In this document: positions 28,344 through 39,452 of the stretch, in pieces
Position numbering within the stretch: position 1 is the stretch's first letter
Layout: each line of letters begins with the position of its first letter
DNA from: an uncultured Pseudomonadota bacterium
GTDB lineage: Bacteria > UBA10199 > JACPAL01
Assembly: GCA_964460495.1 (NCBI GenBank)
Contig: CAYWRF010000001.1
Coordinates: forward strand, 1,775 to 49,544
DNA: 47,770 nucleotides
Direction of reading: 5' to 3'
Program-made: the position numbers and the translations under genes
The notes under the pieces: generated by a model
Told to the model about the DNA's origin: nothing
The model's database searches: none
Seen by the model: only the letters and a program-made list of their open reading frames with translations

Positions 28344-29825
28344 TCAGAACACCTGTCGTCTTCTTGAGGAGGCTGATATTCCCATCAGCTCCCGGTACTT
28401 CGCGACCGTCCTCCGGGAGATCTGGATATTGTCGTTCTTCAATATTGCCGCCAGTTGCTGATCGGAGTAGGGGTTTTTCTGATCTTCCGCTTCAATCAGT
28501 TGCCGGATCGTCACCTTGACCTTCTCCGAGGTGATCCCCTCGCCATTCGTTGTCGAGACGCGGGTATTGAAGAAAAACTTGAGTTCGAACAATCCGCGCG
28601 GCGTCTGGACAAATTTGTTGGTCGTCACCCGCGAGATCGTCGATTCGTGCATCTGGATATCCTGCGCGACATCCCGGAGGACCATCGGTTTCAGATGCGA
28701 GATCCCGTTGTCGAGAAAACCTCTCTGGAATTTCACGATCGATTGCGTGACCCGATACAGCGTTCTCTGTCTCTGATGGATGCTCCGGATCAGCCACATC
28801 GCCGACCGGAGCTTGTCCTGGATGTAGTCCTTGGCGGTCGAAGGCATCTCATTCTTGAACAGGGCGTTCCGGTAGAACGAGCTGATCTGGAGTTTGGGAA
28901 GCCCATCGTCGTTCAGCAGGATCACGTACTCTTCGCCGACCTTCTGGATAAAGACGTCCGGGATGATGTATTGGGGCGATTCCCCGCCAAACGGACGCCC
29001 CGGTTTCGGTTCGAGTGTGGACAGGATGTGGGCCAGCTCCCGAACCTTCTCTGCGGAGACACCCAGTCCCCGGGCAATCGCCGTGATATTCCGTTTTTCG
29101 ATATCGTTCAGGTGATTCCGGATCAGTTTTTCAAGGAGGCCGGTATCTCTCTTGAAGGGGCGGGCCTGGACCAGCAGACATTCGACCAGATTTCTTGCCC
29201 CGACACCGGGGGGGTCGAACTCCTGGACCTGTTGCAACACCTCCTCGGCAAACTCGACGGAACAGCTATTCTCCCCGGCGATCACCGCGAGATCCCCCTG
29301 AAAGTAGCCGTCGTCGTTGATGTTTCCGATAATGTCCTCCGCGACAAGGGTCTCATCCACCGAGAAGCCGGAGAGATGAAGCTGCCACTGGAGGTGGTTC
29401 TGAAGATTGGCGATAGGGCTCGCGCGGTTCTCATAAGGGGTCAGTTCGTCACTTACATCGCCGTTTCCGCCTCCGGAACCGGGTGACGATGACTCCGGGG
29501 CGTTGTAGCTGCCGAGGTAATTTTCCCAGTCGAAATTCATCGGCTCCTTGAGGTCGCCATCCTTGGTCCCGACCTCGTCCGTCTTTTGTTCCTTGTCGTG
29601 GACCTCGTGGCTTAAGGCGAGCGGTTCGGTGACGGAGACCTCCTCGTCGGGCGCCTCTTCCTCCTCCTGGGTCTCTTCGAGGACCGGATTTTCCAGGAGC
29701 TCATGCTGGACCAGATTCTGGAGCTCAAGGCGTGAGAGTTGCAGGAGCTTTATCGCCTGTTGCAGCTGAGGCGTGATGACGAGTTGCTGCGAGAGTTTGA
29801 GGGTCTGTCTGATCTCGAGTGCCAT
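28344..29825 (-). CDS. rpoN: RNA polymerase sigma-54 factor
   Basis: Trimmed to ATG 29825. Contains 'MALEIRQTLKLSQQLVITPQLQQAIKLLQLSRLEL' (region I) and the C-terminal RpoN box 'ISRRTVAKYRE'. Confidence 0.95.
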   Translation of the reverse strand: MALEIRQTLKLSQQLVITPQLQQAIKLLQLSRLELQNLVQHELLENPVLEETQEEEEAPDEEVSVTEPLALSHEVHDKEQKTDEVGTKDGDLKEPMNFDWENYLGSYNAPESSSPGSGGGNGDVSDELTPYENRASPIANLQNHLQWQLHLSGFSVDETLVAEDIIGNINDDGYFQGDLAVIAGENSCSVEFAEEVLQQVQEFDPPGVGARNLVECLLVQARPFKRDTGLLEKLIRNHLNDIEKRNITAIARGLGVSAEKVRELAHILSTLEPKPGRPFGGESPQYIIPDVFIQKVGEEYVILLNDDGLPKLQISSFYRNALFKNEMPSTAKDYIQDKLRSAMWLIRSIHQRQRTLYRVTQSIVKFQRGFLDNGISHLKPMVLRDVAQDIQMHESTISRVTTNKFVQTPRGLFELKFFFNTRVSTTNGEGITSEKVKVTIRQLIEAEDQKNPYSDQQLAAILKNDNIQISRRTVAKYRELMGISASSRRRQVF

Positions 29826-29877
29826 CTTTGTAAGGACCCCGTGTAGATGAGATGATAAGGCGCGGGGAGAATCGTTG

Positions 29878-31638
<1,761 letters not shown>

Positions 31639-32892
31639 TCAGGTTTCAAGAAACTCGATGATCTCGTCCCGGTGGCTCCGGGCATCCTCGAATCCGAGTT
31701 CGACCAGCTTCTTCAGGTATTCCGGGATGAAGCCGATGTAGGAGAGGAAGTCGACACCGCCGGTCGGGTCGATATCGAGAAACCGGAGCAGGAACTTTTC
31801 AAAGAGGGTAAAATGCTTGTCCCGATGACGATGAAAGATCTGGCTGAAAAGCTCGCCGATATCCTCGCTCGGCCGGATCCGCAGCACCTGGAGCCTTTTC
31901 AAGCCGCGATTTGCAATATCGCCCCGTATGTTCTCCTTCTGGAGAAGCCGGTTCAGGTCTGCGAGGAATTTTTTTCCGTAAAGCCTTTCCGCCCAATCGA
32001 CGATCCGGTTGATCCTCTCCAGTTGTTCCATGTCGTATTGGGTCCGGTCGAGAAAGATCGAGTTCATCACACGCCCGAGCACCTGTCCCAGGGAGGCCTG
32101 TTCCCCGCGGAAACCGTGCGAGGGGATCTTTCCGTCCGGGGCGCGATGGTGGAGGCCGATCACGAAGATCGCGTCGGCCCCCAACTGGATCGCCGGCGAC
32201 ATCGGTGTGTTCAGGCGGAGGCCGCCGTCGGTGTAGGCGATCCCGCCGATCAGGACGGTCGGAAAGATGATCGGGATGGCGGCGGAGGCCATCGCATGGA
32301 CCGCCTCCATCCGGGTGAAGTGGGTGATATATTCGCCTGTGTATTCGACCTCCGGTCTCTTCTCGACAAAGAGCTCAAACCGCCCGGTAAAGACGTTGGT
32401 GGCAGAAACCGACAACGCCTGAAGGATCCCGGATTCGATGTTTTTGGGGATCTGATGCCACGGGATGATCTTTTGCAGAAAAGGGAGGAAGGGGCTGGTA
32501 TCCAGAAAACCATGAAAATGGGGCGCCCCCCGGTGCGCGGTGTTTCGGCGGATCAAATTCATCAGGATCCCGCGACTTCCCTTGGTCAGGAATTCCAGCA
32601 GCGCCTTCGGATTGCGCCTGAAGATATGGTCGGCGCTCAAGGTCTCCCAAATCTCTTTGGCCATCTTTCCCTGATAATCGGGGTCATGGGCGGTCGCCGC
32701 CATGAAACAGGAGTTGATCGCCCCGACCGAGGAGCCGCATTGGATGTCGAATGACCGGCCCCGGATTTTTTGGGGGAGCATCGTCCTTATATAATGGATG
32801 ACCCCCCCCTCGTACGCGCCGCGCGCGCCACCCCCTGAGAGGACAAGGGCCAGTTTCTTCTTTGAGGGACGTGTCATCGATCTCCCCGTCAT
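31639..32892 (-). CDS. patatin-like phospholipase
   Basis: '[18 protein letters not shown]' (oxyanion GGGxRG), 'CGSSVGAIN' (GxSxG Ser) and 'YTDGGL' (Asp of the dyad) are present. Confidence 0.85.
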   Translation of the reverse strand: MTGRSMTRPSKKKLALVLSGGGARGAYEGGVIHYIRTMLPQKIRGRSFDIQCGSSVGAINSCFMAATAHDPDYQGKMAKEIWETLSADHIFRRNPKALLEFLTKGSRGILMNLIRRNTAHRGAPHFHGFLDTSPFLPFLQKIIPWHQIPKNIESGILQALSVSATNVFTGRFELFVEKRPEVEYTGEYITHFTRMEAVHAMASAAIPIIFPTVLIGGIAYTDGGLRLNTPMSPAIQLGADAIFVIGLHHRAPDGKIPSHGFRGEQASLGQVLGRVMNSIFLDRTQYDMEQLERINRIVDWAERLYGKKFLADLNRLLQKENIRGDIANRGLKRLQVLRIRPSEDIGELFSQIFHRHRDKHFTLFEKFLLRFLDIDPTGGVDFLSYIGFIPEYLKKLVELGFEDARSHRDEIIEFLET

Positions 32893-32910
32893 TATACCCC
32901 CGATCGCCTT

Positions 32911-33875
32911 TTATGTCGCCGGTATTTCGTAGAGTCTGAGCTTCTTGTGCAGTGTCAGCCTTGAAAGGCCGAGCCGCCTTGCCGCCTCACTCTTGTTCCC
33001 GCCGCAGGCCTCGAGGGTCTTCAGGATGATCTCCCGCTCATACTGGTCCATCTTCTTGTCCGAATCGAACGGGATCCCGGCGCCAGCCGTCTGCCCGGTA
33101 TCCGTGGCCGGCTGGTAGAGGTCCTTTTGAAGAAGGATATGTTCGGGACGGACCTCGGCCCCCTCTGCAAGGAGACAGGCGTTTGTCAGGCATTGTTCGA
33201 GTTCGCGGATGTTGCCGGGCCAGCAGGTGATTTTCCTTTTTGATCTTTTCCAAAAAATGTTTGACGAGGAGCGGGATATCCTCCTTCCGCTCCCGAAGCG
33301 GGGGGATCCCGATCGTCATCCCGGCGATCCGGAAGTAAAGATCTTCCCGGAAGGTTCCCTCACGGACCATTTTCTTCAGCTCCTTGTTCGAGGCGGAAAG
33401 AACACGGACATCCACCTTGACCGGTGTGTGTCCTCCAACGCGGAGTACCTCTTTTTCCTGGAGCACGCGTAGGAGCTTCGCCTGCATCGTCAGGCTCATG
33501 TCGGCGACCTCGTCCAGAAACAGGGTCCCCCCGTTCGCCTCTTCAAACAGACCGCGACGGTCCTGATCCGCCCCGGTGAAGGCCCCCTTCAGGTAGCCGA
33601 ACAACTCGCTTTCGAGGATCGTCTCGGTAAAAGCGGAGCAGTTGATCGCGACAAACCGGGCGTTTTTCCTCGGACCGTTCTGGTGGAGCGCCCGGGCGAG
33701 AAGCTCTTTTCCGGAACCGGTTTCCCCGGAGATCAAGATCGGCACCTGCGCCTGTGTCACCTTGTCCAGTGTCTTCAGGACCTCCTCCATTTTTTTGGAG
33801 CGTCCGATGATCTGCTCATACGGATAGCGGGTCCGGCGAGGAGCCTCTGAAACCAGCGCCTCCAGTTCCGGTGCC
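32911..33875 (-). pseudogene. degraded sigma54-dependent enhancer-binding protein (AAA+ and Fis-type HTH, no sensory domain, internal deletion with frameshift)
   Basis: Track ORF 33038..33790 encodes 'ILISGETGSGKE', 'GAFTGA' and 'FLDEVADM', and is in frame only up to 'VKHFLEKIKKEN'. By hand translation the remainder lies in another frame ('ITCWPGNIRELEQC...GGNKSEAARRLGLSRLTLHKKLRLYEIPAT*', stop 32911..32913). Only about 10 aa separate HFL from WPGN, where about 30 is usual. In-frame bEBP-like sequence 'YEQIIGRSKK' precedes the first ATG with no start codon. Confidence 0.6.
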
Positions 33876-33913
33876 GATCGGGATAGGGGCGGCGGGGCGC
33901 CCCTATCCCGATC
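33876..33913. repeat. perfect 16-bp inverted repeat (GATCGGGATAGGGGCG / CGCCCCTATCCCGATC), 6-nt loop
   Basis: Read directly from the sequence. The right arm overlaps the permease stop codon (33912..33914). No U-tract follows on either strand. Confidence 0.8.
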
Positions 33914-35003
33914 ATATCCGGTTGAGCAGGAGACCGATCAGAATAACCTGGGGCACCGAAACAGCAACCATCCAGACTGCGGTCCGCCACCCAATCTGTT
34001 TCCAGACAAGTCCGACCTCTGTGTAGTCGGTCACGAATCCACCCATCAGAAAGGCGAAGGTATTTCCCAAGGAACCAGTCTGGCGATAAATTTCGAACGC
34101 AAGGGGAGCGCTTCCCTCGGAGCAGATTTCTATAACCGTTGCCGCTGCCAGGGTTAACAGCAGGCCGGTCAGGGTAGGGCCCAGGTAGTTTTGAAAAATG
34201 TGAGACGGGACAAACGCTCCCGTAAGGCTCGCGATAACGATCCCCAGCACGATCCACCAGAGGATCATGTCGGCCAGATTCCAGGCGCCGCGGAGGATGG
34301 CAAAAAAATCTTGAATGACCGTTTGTAGGGGCAGCCCCGTGTGGCTGCCCTCAAGATAGGGGCGAACAGGTCGGTTCGCCCCTACACGGGTATTCCACCG
34401 GTTTATTATATCCTGGCGAATCGAAAATCCCGGTTCAATTATTAAAGTATTTTTGTTCCTCTCAATCCACCCCAGTCGGTCCAACCCCTGAAAGATCAGA
34501 CCGGTTGAGATTGCCACGAAGAGCGCCGCGGCGATGATCAACAGCCCCTTGATCTTGAAGAGGCTCACCAGCAGGAGTGTCACCGGGAGATTCGCCCAAG
34601 GACTGCCCAACAGGAAGCTCACGACGGCCGGACCGGACGCCCCCTTTTTGTACAACTCCATCCCGATTGCGAGGATCCCGTGACTGCAGGCACTCATGAC
34701 AAGACCCAGAAGGGTTGAGTAGAGGATCGTTCGTTTCCGTCTCGCCGCCAGAATTTTTGAGATGTATTCGGAAGGGACATAGCGATCGATCACCCCCGCC
34801 AGCAGGAATCCCAACAGCAACGCCCACCAGATCATCCCTAAATAATCACAGAATGATTTTTGAAACGGCTTCAGGACAGGGAAGAACCATCCAGCCCCAA
34901 AAAGAAGTGCGGCCAAGAGACCGACGATAACCAGTTTATTTTTGAACCACGGTTTTTTTGTCGGTGTGTGGCAGTGGTGAGGTTCAGCCATGGTGTCCAT
35001 CAT
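33912..35003 (-). CDS. UPF0718/YraQ (COG0701, ArsP-like) family permease with a His/Cys-rich N-terminus
   Basis: 363 aa and multi-TM. Contains 'LLGLVMSACSHGILAIG' and 'FLLGSPWANLP'. The N-terminus is 'MAEPHHCHTP'. Confidence 0.65.
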   Translation of the reverse strand: MMDTMAEPHHCHTPTKKPWFKNKLVIVGLLAALLFGAGWFFPVLKPFQKSFCDYLGMIWWALLLGFLLAGVIDRYVPSEYISKILAARRKRTILYSTLLGLVMSACSHGILAIGMELYKKGASGPAVVSFLLGSPWANLPVTLLLVSLFKIKGLLIIAAALFVAISTGLIFQGLDRLGWIERNKNTLIIEPGFSIRQDIINRWNTRVGANRPVRPYLEGSHTGLPLQTVIQDFFAILRGAWNLADMILWWIVLGIVIASLTGAFVPSHIFQNYLGPTLTGLLLTLAAATVIEICSEGSAPLAFEIYRQTGSLGNTFAFLMGGFVTDYTEVGLVWKQIGWRTAVWMVAVSVPQVILIGLLLNRI

Positions 35004-35007
35004 GAAA

Positions 35008-35376
35008 CTATTGGATCACCGTGCAACCCGGTAGTTCTCGAAAATCGTTATCAAGGGTCACAATCTTTGCCTCTTGAATCAATCCAGTTGCATAGATGAT
35101 TGAATCGGCGGTTCCCAACCTGTGCTTCAGGCTCAATTCTGCGGCAAAAAGACTGATTTCTTGACTGAGTGGAATCATCTCCCCTTTTTCCATCTGGGTG
35201 ATAGCGGTCAGAACATCTTTTGGGTCAATCTTCTTGATGAGTTGGCGGTATACCTCAAACGTAACAATGGTCGGAATGATGAGGGTCCCGGTTTCGAGAA
35301 TGTGCTTTTCAAATCGGGAAGCCAAAGAGTTGTCGAGAAAATATTCAATCCAACCTGAGGAATCAACAAGCGTCAT
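35008..35376 (-). CDS. vapC: PIN-domain toxin VapC
   Basis: 122 aa. Contains 'LVDSSGWIEYF' (N-terminal Asp), 'TFEV', 'GTADSIIYATG' and 'IVTLDNDF'. It overlaps the antitoxin gene by 4 nt and is lower in GC. Confidence 0.85.
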   Translation of the reverse strand: MTLVDSSGWIEYFLDNSLASRFEKHILETGTLIIPTIVTFEVYRQLIKKIDPKDVLTAITQMEKGEMIPLSQEISLFAAELSLKHRLGTADSIIYATGLIQEAKIVTLDNDFRELPGCTVIQ

Positions 35377-35591
35377 AGAGGACGGTCGGATTTGTCTCGC
35401 AGGTCCGTCATATCCACGCCGCTTCCTTTAAAAACGCCGCGTAGTTTTTTAAGTGGGATATCCGGGATCAGGTGAATAATGCCACCCCGTGCATAGACGA
35501 TGAGCTTCTGGCCCGGCTTAACATTCAGCTTTTCCCGCACCTCTTTGGGAATGACGACCTGGTATTTGGGAGAGACGGAGGTGTATGTCAT
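35373..35591 (-). CDS. vapB: AbrB/SpoVT-family antitoxin VapB
   Basis: 72 aa. 'KYQVVIPKEVREKLNVKPGQKLIV' is the swapped-hairpin DNA-binding motif. Confidence 0.8.
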   Translation of the reverse strand: MTYTSVSPKYQVVIPKEVREKLNVKPGQKLIVYARGGIIHLIPDIPLKKLRGVFKGSGVDMTDLRDKSDRPL

Positions 35592-35626
35592 AATTGGATA
35601 ATGTATGACACACTATCGATCGATCG
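35586..35626 (-). promoter_or_regulatory. candidate vapBC operator palindromes
   Basis: A 7-bp inverted repeat, TGTCATA-N11-TATGACA (35586..35610), spans the vapB start codon. An ATCGATCGATCG palindrome lies at 35615..35626, next to a TTGACG -35-like hexamer on the minus strand. Confidence 0.3.
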
Positions 35627-35650
35627 TCAAGTTGTACTACTTTTAAATTA

Positions 35651-36205
35651 TCACACCCATTTAATCGAGCAACCGATCGGATGTGATTCCGGCGTACCGA
35701 CCTCTCGTCCGGCAAGGAGATCCTCTAGGGCGTCTCGCAAGTAGTGTTTCTTCGCCTTTTTTGGCTCTTCGTAATTGTCATCCACGCGCCCGTGGAACCG
35801 GAGCCTTCGCTCGGCATCAAAGAGGTAGATCTCCGGCGTGCAGGCGGCGTCATAGGACTTCGCCGTCTTTTGGGTTTCATCCTGCAGGTAGGGAAATGGG
35901 TAGCGTTTCTCCCGGGCGCGGATCTTCATGTTTTCAAGGCTGTCGTCGGGGTAGTTTTTGGAGTCGTTTGAGCAGATCAGGACCAGCTGAACCGATTTTT
36001 CCGCAAAATCCCTCTGTGTCTGAATGATCCGGTCTTCATACGCCCGGACATACGGGCAATGGTTGCAGGAGAAAACCACCACGAGGATTTTTTTGTCTTT
36101 AAACGAACCGAGAGACCAGTTCTTGCCGTCAACACCGGGCAGTGAGAAGTCAGGCGCCTTGTCTCCAAATTTCAGTTTCGGGGCGTTCTGGGTAATGAGC
36201 ACCAT
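35651..36205 (-). CDS. thioredoxin-fold redoxin (AhpC/TSA-like, CxxC)
   Basis: 'APDFSLPGVDGKNWSL...KILVVVFSCNHCPYV' with 'YPFPYLQDE' and 'TPEIYLFD'. Confidence 0.8.
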   Translation of the reverse strand: MVLITQNAPKLKFGDKAPDFSLPGVDGKNWSLGSFKDKKILVVVFSCNHCPYVRAYEDRIIQTQRDFAEKSVQLVLICSNDSKNYPDDSLENMKIRAREKRYPFPYLQDETQKTAKSYDAACTPEIYLFDAERRLRFHGRVDDNYEEPKKAKKHYLRDALEDLLAGREVGTPESHPIGCSIKWV

Positions 36206-36248
36206 AGGAACCTCCTCAAGACCTATAGATCAAGTCACCGTCACCCTG

Positions 36249-39200
36249 TCAACCTGTGACTTCCCGTCTTTTCCACAGGTAGTAGACCACGGGATAGATC
36301 AGGAGTTCCATCAGGAATGAGGTGAAGAGCCCGCCGATCATCGGGGCGGCGATCCGTTTCATCATATCGGCGCCGGTACCGGCAGACCACATGATCGGCA
36401 ACAATCCAATCATCGCGGCACAAACCGTCATCATCTTGGGACGGACCCGCTTCACCGCCCCGTGGATGATCGCCTCTGTCAAGTCCTTCTCCGTCTTGAG
36501 TCTTCCCGATTCCTTCCACTCCTTGTACGAGAGGTCGAGGAACAGGAGCATGAAGACGCCGGTCTCGGCATCGAGCCCCATCAGCGCGATCATCCCAACC
36601 CAGGTGGCGATCGAGAGGTTGTAGCCCAAAATCCAGAGGATCCAGATCGCGCCGATCAGGGAGAAGGGGACTGCGAGCAAGACAATCCCCGATTTCACGA
36701 CCGACTTCGTGTTCATATAAAGGAGGAAGAAGATGATGAAGATCGTAAGAGGCAGTATGAATTTCAACCGTTCCCGGACCCGGATCATGTTCTCGTACTG
36801 GCCGCTCCATTGGATCGTATACCCCTCCGGGAGCTGGAGTCTCGAGCGGACAACCTTTTTCGCCTCGGAGACAAAACCGCCGATGTCGCGGCCGGCCATA
36901 TCGACGTAGACGTACCCCGCAAGCATCCCGTTTTCGTCGCGGATCATGGCGGGACCGGTTGTCATCCGGATCTCCGCGATTGCGGAGAGCGGGATTTGGG
37001 CCCCATGGGCGGTTGCAACAAAGACCTTTGCGAGGTCCGGCAGGTCATCACGGAGTTCTCGCGCATAGCGGACGTTCACCGTATACCGCTCGCGTCCCTC
37101 AACCGTGGTGGTGATCTCCTCGCCGCCGATCGCCGCGGCGATCACCTCTTCCGCCTCGGCAATAGAGAGGCGGTATCGGGCGAGCTCGTCGCGCTTCAGG
37201 TCGAAGTCGACAAAATAACCGCCGGCGACCCGCTCCGCATACACACTTCGTGTGCCTTTTACCTCCCGAAGCAGCGGTTCAAGCTGTCTGCCGATCTCCT
37301 CGATCTTTGTGAGATCACCCCCCAGGATCTTCAGGCCGACCGGTGTCCGGATCCCGGTCGCCAGCATGTCGATCCGGTTCTTGATCGGCATCGTCCAGGC
37401 GTTCGTCCAGCCAGGGAGCTGCAAGGCGCGATCCATCTCGTCGATCAGCTCCTCCCACTTGATTCGACGGGATCCGATTGGCCACCGCTTGACCCGCCTC
37501 CATTCCTTCCTCGGTTTGAGGAGGACCGTCGTCTCGACCATCGAGAAAGGGGCGGGGTCGGTCGGCGTCGTTGCGCGCCCGATCTTGCCGAAGACCGTCT
37601 CGACCTCCTGGAATGACTTCAGGATCCGGTCCTGTATCTGAAGGATCCGCTCCGCCTCCGTGACCGAGATCCCGGGGAGCGTCGTCGGCATGTAGAGGAT
37701 CGCCCCCTCGTTCAAAGGCGGCATGAACTCCGACCCGATCATAAAAAAGACCGGAATCGTGGTGAGCATCAGGAGGCCGGCGGCTACAAGCGTCTTCTTT
37801 CGCCACTTCAGGACAAACCGGCAGGCCGGTTCGTAGATCGCAAAGAGCCGGCGGCTGATCGGGTGACTCTCCTCCGGATAATATTTGCCGACCAGCGTGA
37901 CATTGGCGAGCCTCTCCAGCCACTTTTGTTTGAGAGAAAACGGGGTCATCCGGGTAAAGAGCATCCGGAGCGCCGGGTCGAGCGTGACCGCAAGGATCGC
38001 GGCGATTGCCATCGCAAGGTTCTTGGAATAGGCGAGCGGCTTGAAGAGCCGCCCCTCCTGATCGACCAGCGTGAAGACCGGCAGGAAGGCGACGGCGATC
38101 ACGAGGAGCGAGAAGAAGACCGACGGCCCGACCTCCTTCAACGCCTGCAGCCGGATCTCGTGGAAATCCCCCTTCCTTCCGGAGGTCAACCAGAGTTGGA
38201 GTTTTTTGTAGGCATTTTCGACCTCGACAATCGCGCCGTCGACCAGGACGCCGATCGAGATCGCGATCCCGGCCAAAGACATGATGTTCGCGGTCAGCCC
38301 CATCATCGAGAACGGGATAAAGGCCAAGAGGACAGAGACCGGGATCGTGAGGATCGGGACGATCGCCGACGGGATATGCCAGAGAAAGAGCAGGATCACC
38401 GCGGAGACGATCAGCATCTCGTCAATGAGCGTCCTCTTGAGTGTGGAGATCGCACGGTGGATCAGATCGGCCCGGTCGTAGGTGGTCACGATCCGGACCC
38501 CTTGGGGAAGCGAGGGACGGATCTCCTCGAGCCGCTTGTGCACCCGCTCGATCACGTTCAGGGCGTTCTCACCATAACGCATCACGACGACGCCGCCGAC
38601 GACATCCCCCTTGCCGTCCAGATCGGCAACCCCGCGCCGGATGTTCGGACCGAGGGAGACCGTGCCTATATGGCGGATCTGAACGGGCACGCCGGTCTTC
38701 GGGTCGTTGCCGACCGCGATCTTTTCCAGGTCCTCCAGGGTCTTGATGTAACCGCGCCCCCGGATCATATATTCGCGGCCCGAGAACTCGACCAGACGCC
38801 CGCCGACCTCGCTGTTCCCCTCCCGGATCGCCTCGATCACCTGGTTCACGGGGAGTTTGTAGGCAAGAAGGGCCGCGGGATTCAGCGCAACCTGATACTG
38901 CTTGATTGCGCCGCCGAACGTCGCAACCTCGGCCACACCAGGGACCGACTGGAGTTGATAGCGGAGGTTCCAGTCCTGGTAGCTTCGGAGTTCCTGAAGG
39001 GTGTGCCCACCGCCTTCATCCACAAGCGCGTATTCGAAGACCCAACCGACACTTGTCGCGTCGGGACCGAGTTCGGTTCGGACCCCCTCCGGCAGCGACG
39101 GGGTGATCTTTGAAAGATATTCAAGCGTCCGGCTTCTGGCCCAGTAGAGGTCGGTGCCGTCCTCAAAGATCACGTAGACGTAGGAGAATCCAAAGTCGGA

Positions 39201-39452
39201 AAAGCCGCGGATCGCCTTGACCTTCGGCGCTCCAAGAAGGGCCGAGATGATCGGATAGGTGACCTGATCCTCCAGGATGTCGGGGGAACGGTCCCAGCGC
39301 GAGTAGACGATCACCTGCGTGTCGGAGAGATCGGGGATCGCATCGAGCGGGATCCTCTTCAAAGACCAGAGGGAGATGCCGATCAGAAACAGGACGATCG
39401 TCAGGACGATGAATCTGTTTCGGCCTGAAAAATCGATGATCTTTTCAATCAA
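36249..39452 (-). CDS. cusA: heavy-metal (Cu/Ag-type) RND efflux pump, CusA family
   Basis: 1067 aa. 'IPDLSDTQVIVYSRW', 'FGFSYVYVIFEDGTDLYWARSRTLEYL' and 'NEGAILYMPTTLPGIS' closely parallel E. coli CusA, including the Met in the YMP motif. Confidence 0.9.
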   Translation of the reverse strand: MIEKIIDFSGRNRFIVLTIVLFLIGISLWSLKRIPLDAIPDLSDTQVIVYSRWDRSPDILEDQVTYPIISALLGAPKVKAIRGFSDFGFSYVYVIFEDGTDLYWARSRTLEYLSKITPSLPEGVRTELGPDATSVGWVFEYALVDEGGGHTLQELRSYQDWNLRYQLQSVPGVAEVATFGGAIKQYQVALNPAALLAYKLPVNQVIEAIREGNSEVGGRLVEFSGREYMIRGRGYIKTLEDLEKIAVGNDPKTGVPVQIRHIGTVSLGPNIRRGVADLDGKGDVVGGVVVMRYGENALNVIERVHKRLEEIRPSLPQGVRIVTTYDRADLIHRAISTLKRTLIDEMLIVSAVILLFLWHIPSAIVPILTIPVSVLLAFIPFSMMGLTANIMSLAGIAISIGVLVDGAIVEVENAYKKLQLWLTSGRKGDFHEIRLQALKEVGPSVFFSLLVIAVAFLPVFTLVDQEGRLFKPLAYSKNLAMAIAAILAVTLDPALRMLFTRMTPFSLKQKWLERLANVTLVGKYYPEESHPISRRLFAIYEPACRFVLKWRKKTLVAAGLLMLTTIPVFFMIGSEFMPPLNEGAILYMPTTLPGISVTEAERILQIQDRILKSFQEVETVFGKIGRATTPTDPAPFSMVETTVLLKPRKEWRRVKRWPIGSRRIKWEELIDEMDRALQLPGWTNAWTMPIKNRIDMLATGIRTPVGLKILGGDLTKIEEIGRQLEPLLREVKGTRSVYAERVAGGYFVDFDLKRDELARYRLSIAEAEEVIAAAIGGEEITTTVEGRERYTVNVRYARELRDDLPDLAKVFVATAHGAQIPLSAIAEIRMTTGPAMIRDENGMLAGYVYVDMAGRDIGGFVSEAKKVVRSRLQLPEGYTIQWSGQYENMIRVRERLKFILPLTIFIIFFLLYMNTKSVVKSGIVLLAVPFSLIGAIWILWILGYNLSIATWVGMIALMGLDAETGVFMLLFLDLSYKEWKESGRLKTEKDLTEAIIHGAVKRVRPKMMTVCAAMIGLLPIMWSAGTGADMMKRIAAPMIGGLFTSFLMELLIYPVVYYLWKRREVTG

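Noticed and set aside
33775-34257. A 160-aa minus-strand ORF bridging the bEBP remnant and the permease.
   Set aside because: It is an alternative frame of the permease 3' end and the inverted repeat. Its translation is Arg/Pro-rich with no features.
36462-39113. Plus-strand ORFs of 384 aa and 416 aa, plus smaller ones, inside cusA.
   Set aside because: They are antisense to a full-length CusA-family gene that aligns end to end. Their translations are Asp/Arg/Pro-rich with no motifs.
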